NCBI GenBank assembly: GCA_964531215.1
Contig: CAZHFK010000002.1
Location: 1-43,938, forward strand
DNA: 43,938 nt
Reading direction: 5' to 3'
Source of the DNA: an uncultured Gammaproteobacteria bacterium
GTDB lineage: Bacteria > Patescibacteriota > Patescibacteriia > CAIXNZ01
Numbering within the stretch: position 1 is the first letter of the stretch; every line of letters begins with the position of its first letter. The notes under the pieces were generated by a model. It did no database searches, was not told the DNA's origin, and saw only the letters and a program-made list of their open reading frames with translations. Of the stretch, positions 19,901-27,400 are shown piece after piece. The translations under genes were made by a program, and so were the position numbers.

Positions 19901-22900
19901 AAGGAGCGCAACCCGGCGATGTTTATTTGATTACTGAACAAGGCTTGGAAAGTAATCGCGTAGCGTTTGAAGTTAATGATAATCCAGTGGGAGCCGGTAT
20001 TTGTCAGATAGAACCCAATATGGGGATTGCCGGCAGTAATATTATTGTTAAAGGTGATCGTTTTGATGAAGAAGGTGATGGTCAAGGTGAAGATCAATTA
20101 TTATTTAATGATAATAAATCAGCCAGTGTTTCTAATTGGCAAAATAGAACATTAAACGCAACTGTGCCAACAGGTGCGATTGATGGTAATGTAGTTATAA
20201 CCAAAAAACGAGAGGTTGACAGACAATGTGCCGGTTTTAGTATTGGTTCTTGGTGTCCAAGTGATCAGTATGACATTATTTATGAAGATATCCCTAGTAA
20301 TCCCGTTTATTTTAATGTTTTCTTGGGTTGTGAGCAGGCTGGAACCGGAGAAATTTGCACCGATCAAGCTGAAGAGCCTGGTTTTCCGATTAGACCTTAT
20401 TACAGTCAAGGCGATGTTCGTAATTTAAATGTTGATGTTGGTGTTTTAGCAACTGACGGCACATATTTATATGCCAGAAATTGGGCCGGTGAAAATTATA
20501 GTTATGGCGGTAATATTAGCGGAGTTGACGGTTCAAATATAATTTATAAAATCGGTACTGGTTATAATGGTACTGAATTGGGTAAAATTTATAAGGAATA
20601 TGTTTGGCGAGACCGAGAGGGAGTTAATCCTTTAGTAGCGATTTCCATGACTTATCATTCTGATAATAATTTTTATATCGGTCATAATATAATTCAAGAT
20701 TCTCAATATTTTATACCTAGAATTATTTTTGATGATGCAAATGATGAATTTTATTTGGAAAATGTTGAAATAACTGATTATTTGTTTAATTCTGGGAATG
20801 CTGATGCGGAGACCAATCATAAAGAAGCTTTAATTAGTTCTAATGGTCGTTTTATTTTTAATGTGGCTTTATATGGTGATGCAGCCAATCCTGACGGATA
20901 TCGAATTAAAATATTTGATCCGCAAAATAATTGGCGCAAAGTTAAAGAATTTGACGTCTCTAATAGTGAACAGATTAAAGCAATGCCTTTATCTAATGGC
21001 TTAGTCGTGGCTGGTGATATTATTTATATAATGAGCAGGTTTAATGATATAGTGGCAATTAATTGGCAAAATGAAGACTGGGTAGAATCTTGGGAAACTC
21101 ATAATAGCTCAACTTTTGAAATTAACGGGCAATATGATTGGCTTAATAATGTTTTTTGGATTGGTGAATTGGCTTATGAACTTGATCCTGCTAATCCAAG
21201 TAATCATATTCATCGTTATCCGGCCTGTCCCTTGGAAGGCGAAGAATTCTGCCGTGCGGATACGGATTGTGAAAAATGCGGGCCCGGTACCAGTTCTTGT
21301 GTTAATGGTCGTTGTACTCCTTATATAATGTCTTTTATACCTGATCAGGGGCCGGTTGGCAGCTGGGTGGATTTATACGGTTGTTATTTTGGCTGTGATC
21401 AAGGCAACATCCTTTTTACTGATAATAAGCCGGCTTTATTGATTAATGATCCTGAATGCGCTGATTCTTGGCAATGTGATACCAGTCCGTTTGATTGTCC
21501 CGGGATTGGGCCTGGTTGCGACCGCGTTCAAGTTGAGGTGCCTGATCAAACTACACCATTTGATGACACTGACGACGCAGAGACCGGTCCGGTGACTTTA
21601 ATAACAGCTTTAGGTTTAAGAGCAGAAACAGATTTTGATTTTGTAGTAACTGATGAAGAATTGGGTCATCAAATGTGCAGTTTAATTCCTGATTATGGTA
21701 ATCGCGGTATTACGGTCAGAATTCATGGAGCTAATTTTGATGATAATGGCGGAGATATTAATAATGGCGATTATGTTTATTTTGGTTTGGGTAATGGTTT
21801 AACAGCGCGTGAACCATGGTCTGACAGTAATGACGACGGTAGTTTTACTGCCGGAGAAGCGTTTATTGATTTTGATAATAATGGCCAATACGATATAAGT
21901 TTAAATGATGATGAGTATTCTTTTAATATTGATAATTATGTTTCTAATGCGACAGGTTGCCCGGATGATGGCTGGAGTGATAAGGATATTTGTTTTACTG
22001 TTCCTAATAATGCGGCTGGGCAGGGTAATAATAATTTGCAGGCAATTAATAATGTTAAAGTTTTTAAAAATAATGAAGATAATAATAATAGAGAAGCTTT
22101 TGCTTTGAATTTTGGTCATTGCGGCAATCAAATTATTGAATTAAATAAAGGCGAACAATGTGATGGGATTAGTTTGCCAAATATTAGTTGTTGCCAATTG
22201 GGTTATGTTGCCAATAAAATTTGCCAAAATAACAGTGAGCCTTGCATAGATGATGCGGATTGCCCCGGGAGTGTTTGTGTTGATGCTTGTCAAATAAATT
22301 GTACCAATCAATGCGGTTTAGAGGTTTGTGACGGGATGACTGGTTTATGTAGTTCATTAGATCAAGTATTGTGCGGTAATGGTGATATAGATACTGTTTG
22401 CGAAGAGGTTGAAGGCCAGGAATGTTTGGAGCCGCCTGTTTGTAAACAAGATAATCAAGGTAATGATATCATAATTTATGAAGAAGAATGTGATGACGGT
22501 AATACGGTTTCCGGTGACGGTTGTGATAATATGTGCCGTTTGGAAGCGCCAGAGGTAATTGAAGTTGAGGGGCCACAAGTTGAAGCAACCGTGCCGGTTC
22601 ATGGTGAAGAAAGTTTTTGCCGTAATGGTATTATTGATATTTATTTTAATAGTTTAATTGATTCGGCAACAATTACTAGCGATAATATTAAATTACAGGC
22701 TTGTACCAGCCCAATAACTAAAGAGAAAAAAGGTTTATTAGCTAATTTTTGGTATAATTTAAAAGACGTGTTCAAAAAATTAATCGGTATTGATCGACAG
22801 GCTTTAGCTCAATTGAATTGTGGTTCGTTTGTTGATATTACGGATTTAGATTTTAAAATTAAAAATAGAAAAGGCAGAACTATTTTATCTATTTTGCCAA

Positions 22901-24390
22901 ATGAACTTTTGGAAAGAAATACTATTTATCAGGTTCGTTTAACACCGAATATAGAGAATTTAACCGGCGGGAGTTTGGATAATTTGGCTGGTGAACTTGA
23001 CGGTACGCCGATTGATGACGGTTCTGGCGATTATATATTTAATTTTAAAACTTTAGGCGAAGCAGGTGATGAATTAAGCGGTATTTGTAATGTTGAATGG
23101 ATCAATATTAATGTTTATCGCCATGAATATGCCGGTACTGATCCACCGTTAACAGAACGTGAATCAGAATTAAGAACCAATGATTTGTTTATTTGCGCGG
23201 GGCGTGATGATTGTAATTTGGAAGTTGATTATGATCAGGATTCTACTACTTCGGGCAATCAACATATTTATGAAGCAATTGCCAAATATAGCGGAGGATA
23301 TAGTTTAAAAGCCGAGTATCAATGGTCTAAAACAGCTTCATCTGATCCGCAAAATGTGCTTACTTTATATAATAATCAAGAAGATTTGGAAGCTGATCCT
23401 GATAGAGTCAAAAATAATAGCGGGATTGTTTATACTACGTCCGAACCAATAAAAGAAGCCAAAGCTCAATTAGTTGTAGAAGCACAGGCGGCAGGCAGCT
23501 GGACAACACCGGCACAGCAAAATTTTTTGGTTTATGTTTTATTATGTGAAAATCCATGGCCGTCAATTAATGAAAAGTTTCCTATTTCCAGCTTAATTAA
23601 TGCATATAATTTTCAGCTTTATTACTGTCGTGATGCCGGTCGGCCAGGTGATCAGTCTGATGATTTACCGGCAGCCAGATGGTTATTCCCTGAAGTTGCA
23701 GATTTAACTATTTTAGAAAATACTGATTTTGAATTTGGCAGTTTGCGTCATTGGGTGGCTGACGACGGCAATGCTTTTATGAGGCAACCGGTTTTTGGCG
23801 ACATTACTTTGGCCAGAGACGGTATTTCCAGTAGGATTCAGGGCAATTGGTGGATTGGGACCAAAGAAAATTATCATGGTTATGATTGGGAAGATATTAA
23901 TTCAGCCGGTCAAGGTCTTAGCCCGACAGGTATTTTACATTCTCAAGCCTTTTTAATTGAGGGCAATGAGATCCGATTTTTAATTGGTGGTAGTCAGACT
24001 GATAGTGTGACTTTGGACAGTTTTACTGATATTGAATTGCCACCGAGCGATTTGACAGCAGTGGTTTTGGCAGTAAAAGATGATCCGCAAGAAATAGCCA
24101 GTGAAGAAATCGTCAGAAAAATAACAGGCCCAGGCATTACAACCATGCAGCAAGCCAGTTTTGATACCAGTCAGTTTATGACAGGCAGAACTTGCCAGGC
24201 CGACGCCGACTGCAATGATTATGGTACTTGCGAGTGTGATGGTGAATGTGGTCCGGAAAATAGTGGTCAATGTTCCCCTGTAGCTGGTATAATATATATA
24301 TATGATAATGATGCGTCCGGATATATTAATTTTGATGATTTAAATCAATACAAACAAGGTGTAGAAATTCCTATTAGATTTACTGATTAA
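13999..24390 (+). CDS. giant surface protein (3463 aa): pilin-like N-terminal module, about 12 IPT/TIG repeats, two LamG-type domains, Cys-rich repeats and Ig-like and jelly-roll-like modules
   Basis: Uninterrupted 10.4-kb ORF starting 2 nt after the previous stop. The IPT/TIG signature P-x-I-x-x-I-x-P-x-x-G-x-x-G-x-x-V-x-I-x-G-x-x-F-G recurs near 14539, 14941, 15442, 15791, 16078, 16396, 17641, 19264, 19720, 19993, 21318 and 21667. LamG-like segments lie at about 17896-18545 and 18550-19160. A CGNG...EECDDGN-type Cys-rich repeat region lies at about 22110-22550. Confidence 0.9.
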   Translation: MLKSVKKKISRKKVFLGLIIFLSLFLVFNQVNAQPDVGLQPVGEEIQLGTADLRVTIARIIRAFLGFLGIVAVSLVIYGGYLYMTAQGVPEKIDKAKKTLVAAVIGLVIVLSAFAIASFVLNQLLQATGPGGGDGGNGDGPGPGGDISGGVEEFCANPSTDVAPWLCIKEQDQTAQSDSLITLYGGNVGDTPGRIYFTDRDQVNQYDAEIVTCKDDDVKWFKAISNSDLQKVKVRVPQELDLAENDYWVVADTANGLTVNKVWQGYVDDDRLDRFTYEAGDNNAPNIICFTTEIADNGGFAEGPEIDFASQGDRVRIKGERFGTDGTVVYNSGDTNDSATINDWQETYVSTVVPPTASGDVRITRDDNESDEDYLGILCDTNSDCGTNCCQQRQGRNVCVAEENCLNDEGEACFDGVACTDAEFGCRSDLFCDPTDCICKRRGEGAPCDAMPETASCQADDTLCGDEFYCSITEACTCRYLPRIDGFDPEAGGPGNFVSVYGQGFGTEINTNSKIIFLGADTDGDQNPEGDDDDLEAILPMNCGAENVWQDNQIIIEIPDGAVSGPLKLINSDGLEETTMDSDGIVADFEVDPDINYPSLCSVDPDQGEFGDSVNLTGKNFGDGADGQVLIGGLGFSQGDNWDWSYDPGDELDKITDAVVPNIEPDENLPVQVRSGDTYSNSFNFTVIESGKAPRIDYIDPDRAPVGQYVTIYGSNFGQDEGLVKFRNAGGDFVEADLSFPEQCLNNLWHDTYIIVKVPSLGQGNPLASEVIVETQNSGNTNTVDFERCVLNENTCPLRPGICLIEPNQGPVGTEINFYGDNFGEYNTNNSQVVFWDNQAITPSLANWSNQNIGPINVPDQASTGPVEVVSGLGLTSNQMPFTVADCRDNPDICDTANTGNICCEFDGICKTEIECYGEKPPMCFYSWAFATGQVPQEFRPPQVVEDIECNENTQSPSPWKDYESNCVNANISARFNRLMNAATFTTDNIIVRECWAEDYFDEESGSECEIPSWHNQDRNIYPINEENGFYRGFIYEAPVNALQPGRWYEVTLKSSNGDYIKSREGLWLDGDFDSDPGGDYRWYFRIKDGAKECSLEKIVVTPNEAIIETIADNQEYSATALAVNCNILNGNFYNWEWYKLYTDGTKEVGPVADPQACDRRYCIAEISENDENNDGNIDWRQMASPLKQGFTFVGAAAENKSDENNELTIDLNIPEIYRIYPDNGLINPDVNSYVTIYGNNFGNLQRDSKVFFDNVEAEIAPDCPAAWTDSQIQVIVPNPTPIESANEPTYDLTGINESDDMVIFYDMDEDSDVILQDKADNNDGEIFGADKVASTFGNALRFNGQSDYVKLPNNYNLSTGSVELWFKPNFTSDQRQTLFSISDGTADNILALEIDPADQDTAKFVLTLNTANGQANNSTVFNVLENDSWHHLVFTYDGDEYYFYINGRKFYYFNNSNIVASNQTDFWFNANTEATNILLGAKNTGQFIDYYDGLMEGFAIYDSVLSEDQVRSRYGLQAGQILLLNFEGIGDEIIDSSSNNFTNLNVQDSDFRIDEGRYGKGFDNSVIEVIDNPSLNFKDQISIEGWFKVPDFNQSFTIFESNRISLGNLNNNCGSGLNFCFKLDLVNENNLAAGGARWASLDSNKIRNNAWNYFAGVYDGQTIKLYLNDEVPAQWQFDGRIYQHADFGRATIGSTTGNAQFDNLAIYSRALTESEINDRVGAKNGSNVIVQTKFGSDDSLSGTNQLFYHSDIVYPFLCQLRPNIGLEGTSIAIGGDNFGDSNKTIYQGLEYDLGSLVYFDMFNLSDENIDNWTNSLVDAINPFSDIGTQEIPVSISIDPFAEPFIDEDDSGIYNSGEQYADILEPFGAYNQGFYEVEKFDPEDISQTGVIETETELVSNTLPFYFSPVITKITPDNGPEGQWVTIHGYNFGHNPGEVYFFNDLVSEFPPEPCENFWTNTQIIVVVPEGAQPGDVYLITEQGLESNRVAFEVNDNPVGAGICQIEPNMGIAGSNIIVKGDRFDEEGDGQGEDQLLFNDNKSASVSNWQNRTLNATVPTGAIDGNVVITKKREVDRQCAGFSIGSWCPSDQYDIIYEDIPSNPVYFNVFLGCEQAGTGEICTDQAEEPGFPIRPYYSQGDVRNLNVDVGVLATDGTYLYARNWAGENYSYGGNISGVDGSNIIYKIGTGYNGTELGKIYKEYVWRDREGVNPLVAISMTYHSDNNFYIGHNIIQDSQYFIPRIIFDDANDEFYLENVEITDYLFNSGNADAETNHKEALISSNGRFIFNVALYGDAANPDGYRIKIFDPQNNWRKVKEFDVSNSEQIKAMPLSNGLVVAGDIIYIMSRFNDIVAINWQNEDWVESWETHNSSTFEINGQYDWLNNVFWIGELAYELDPANPSNHIHRYPACPLEGEEFCRADTDCEKCGPGTSSCVNGRCTPYIMSFIPDQGPVGSWVDLYGCYFGCDQGNILFTDNKPALLINDPECADSWQCDTSPFDCPGIGPGCDRVQVEVPDQTTPFDDTDDAETGPVTLITALGLRAETDFDFVVTDEELGHQMCSLIPDYGNRGITVRIHGANFDDNGGDINNGDYVYFGLGNGLTAREPWSDSNDDGSFTAGEAFIDFDNNGQYDISLNDDEYSFNIDNYVSNATGCPDDGWSDKDICFTVPNNAAGQGNNNLQAINNVKVFKNNEDNNNREAFALNFGHCGNQIIELNKGEQCDGISLPNISCCQLGYVANKICQNNSEPCIDDADCPGSVCVDACQINCTNQCGLEVCDGMTGLCSSLDQVLCGNGDIDTVCEEVEGQECLEPPVCKQDNQGNDIIIYEEECDDGNTVSGDGCDNMCRLEAPEVIEVEGPQVEATVPVHGEESFCRNGIIDIYFNSLIDSATITSDNIKLQACTSPITKEKKGLLANFWYNLKDVFKKLIGIDRQALAQLNCGSFVDITDLDFKIKNRKGRTILSILPNELLERNTIYQVRLTPNIENLTGGSLDNLAGELDGTPIDDGSGDYIFNFKTLGEAGDELSGICNVEWININVYRHEYAGTDPPLTERESELRTNDLFICAGRDDCNLEVDYDQDSTTSGNQHIYEAIAKYSGGYSLKAEYQWSKTASSDPQNVLTLYNNQEDLEADPDRVKNNSGIVYTTSEPIKEAKAQLVVEAQAAGSWTTPAQQNFLVYVLLCENPWPSINEKFPISSLINAYNFQLYYCRDAGRPGDQSDDLPAARWLFPEVADLTILENTDFEFGSLRHWVADDGNAFMRQPVFGDITLARDGISSRIQGNWWIGTKENYHGYDWEDINSAGQGLSPTGILHSQAFLIEGNEIRFLIGGSQTDSVTLDSFTDIELPPSDLTAVVLAVKDDPQEIASEEIVRKITGPGITTMQQASFDTSQFMTGRTCQADADCNDYGTCECDGECGPENSGQCSPVAGIIYIYDNDASGYINFDDLNQYKQGVEIPIRFTD
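14098..14385 (+). other. pilin-like two-helix module, copy 2
   Basis: See 11366-11650. It is preceded by a signal-peptide-like segment ending VNA/QPD and followed by the Gly-rich linker GPGGGDGGNGDGPGPGG. Confidence 0.8.
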
Positions 24391-24407
24391 AAATATAAAA
24401 AATATTT

Positions 24408-27400
24408 ATGATCATAAAAAATAAAAATAAATATTTTATATTCATTCTATTTTTGGTAATATTTTTAATTTTGCCAATAATTGGTTTTGCTCAATCTGAA
24501 GATTTTTTAAGTGAATTTAGCCAAGACGTTTTATTAAAAGAATATTTATTTCCAATTAGTTCTTATACTGAAGCCGGCAATCCTATTACCAGACAAGGGC
24601 TAGAATGTGAAGGCTATAAACAATATGCCAGTCCTACAGATTGGCAGGCTTGTTTTGATTTGTCGGATTTTAATGAAAATGATATTAGCCAGTGGGTTGA
24701 TGGCAGCAGCCTTTATACTCCGGTGCAAGCCGAGCTAAGCTATAAATTTAATGTTTTGAATCAAGGTAATTATGTTTTTAAAATTAGCACCTCTAATAGC
24801 GTTGATAATTTAGCTGCCTTGACCAAGGAGCAAATTAATTATTATTTGAATAATCAGGGTGAAACAATGGACAGTATTTTGAATAATTTAGGTGAAGGAT
24901 TTGAAGCACCTGAAACTGAAAGTGAAAAGTTGGAATATTTAAGGAGTATGATTTTTAGTGTTTATGTTGATGGTCAGTCAGAAGAAAATAGAAAAGGCTA
25001 TTTAATTATCAAAAATACCGATCAAAGTGAGGTTCAAGAAGGCTCAGTTTTAATTGGCAATTTAAAACCAGGCGATCATACTATTTATTTACATTTTTTA
25101 TATGATTTTTACTGGGATTTTTCCGGTGTAATTGAAGATTTACCCGCTTATTTTGATGAATTTGCCAATGCCGATTTAAATAATGATCAAATCCTTGATT
25201 CTAACCCGGTAATTTATTCAGCCTCAATTGATCAGACAAAACCAGCTGATGATATAATCGGAGTTAGGATTTATTCCAATAAAATGAATCAAGATCCATT
25301 ATCCTGGTATCAGGAAAATGTGTTTAATGCTTCGGCTAATGTAATTCAAACAGAAGTTGATGGTTATCGGGCGGTTAGAGATGATCGGACTGTTTATGTC
25401 GAAGCAGCTAATGTTACAGACGCTGGTCGTTTTTATACCAATATTTATGTGATTGCTTATAATCTGGGGGCGACTGCTTCAACTGTTAATATTTTTAATC
25501 AAATGATGAATAATTGGACTTTTAATAAAAATATAATGGAAGAGGATCCGTTTGGCGCAGAAGAAATAAAAGATCAATTACGCCGAGACACGATCAGGTT
25601 ATCTGATTTGAATGATATGAGAAATTTAATAGAAAATTATAAAGCTGTTAATGGCAAGTACCCGACTTTAGAAGCAGGTACTTTTGTGGCTGATCATACT
25701 ATTTCAGTCTGGCCGTCCTGGCAAGCTAATTTGGGTAACCAATTAGGAGCCGGGTTGCCGGTTGATCCTTTAAATATTATGTCAACAGAGGTAAGAGGTA
25801 CTTATAATTGTCAGAGTAGTGATCCTAATGAATATGAAAATTGTGTCAATATTTGTACCAGAGATAATGCCGGTAATGCTTTGACTGGTTGTCCGGCCAA
25901 TCAACAATGTGTTGATGATGAATATTGCAGTATTTGTCCGCCTGGGTATGATCCGGAAACTTGCTGGGATGAAATAAATTCAGATTTTGCTTATGACATT
26001 CATCAAGGTTGTGATGAATCAAAAAAAATAAACGGTTCTTTTAATCTTCATCCGGATGATCCTGATACTTCGGAAAGAGAAAATTTGTGTGGCAATGAGG
26101 GAGCGTTTGTTTATCAATATACTGCGTTAAATGACGGACAAAACTATGCTTTAAATTATCGTTTAGAATATACTGCACCTCAATGTAGTCCCGGCCAGTG
26201 TTATTTTGAAAAAACAGGTACCTGTTATCCGTCGGGCGCTTGTTTGGCTAATTGCGCTATGGTGGACACAGATGGAGACGGGACAGAAGATGAAATGCAA
26301 TGTGAGTATCCAGAATATAAAAATGTTTATTGTTATTTGGGTAATTGGCGTCAATCATGCGGTGACGGTTTTGTTCAAACAGGCTGTGGTGAAGCTTGTG
26401 ACGGTACCAGTACCAGTTTACAAACAGGTGAATTGTCCTGGTGTGATAACATGTATAATCCTGGATCTAATCGCGATTGGTATAATGAAGATAATATTAC
26501 CGCCTCTTGCAATAATGTATGTCAGTGGCAAGGTTTTGATGATTTGGGTTATACTCCCTTGCCTTATACACCTGATACCGATGATATTGATTGCGGCGGC
26601 TATTGTGGTGATCAGATTAAACAAGCTTTGTATGGCGAGCAATGCGATATGGGTTCAACGCCAGGCGTTAGAATCCCTACGCCGGCTGATAATGGCTCGG
26701 GCGGGATTAGTCGGATTTCTCAATATTTATGTTCTGGTTCGGCTGGTTTGCAAGCCGGTGAGCCAATAGTCTCAGAAGCAGCTGCTTGTGAATATTTTGC
26801 CAATAGTTATAATGAACCGATTAATAACGATAATCTTTGTGAAGATTTAACTTCAGAAAGTGTAGGTGATGATTGGCTAAATCTTTATGAAGAAACTGCC
26901 TTGATGGCTAAAGGCGGGTTTAAAGTTACTTATGATTTTACAATTGATCAAGCGCAAAGCGGTTTTTATAATTTTAGACTCAGAACTGCCAATCAAGATG
27001 ATAAAATAAGCAGTTTGTCCAATGAGCAATTAGCTTATATCATCGGACAAAAAGAAGCTGAGGATAATTTACATAATATTACGACTGACGGCGGACTTAG
27101 TATTCCGGAATATGGAGAGGTTGCTGCTGATGATAATCAAAAATATAATTTATTGCGCAGTTTAATTTATGCTGTTTATTTGGATGGCGATGATCCGGAA
27201 AATTTAGCTGATTTTATTATTACCCCTGCCAGCGATCAAATACAAGAACGCAGTATTTCTTTGGGCAATTTGTCTGCCGGTGAACATACTATTTATTTGC
27301 ATTTTGTCGGTGATCACTTTTGGTATCAATTTGATCCGGCTGATTTACCCGATTATTTGGATGATTTCAGCAATGCTGATTTGGATAATAATGATATTTT

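Noticed and set aside
26206-26769. 187-aa alternative-frame ORF inside the 1761-aa gene. There are also many 60-150-aa ORFs on both strands inside the giant genes, for example 11636-12040, 31144-31605 and 23980-24270.
   Set aside because: The main frames are uninterrupted for 2.8-10.4 kb and carry repeated recognisable domain motifs. The overlapping ORFs are Ile/Leu/Thr-rich translations of the repetitive codon composition and have no start-signal support.
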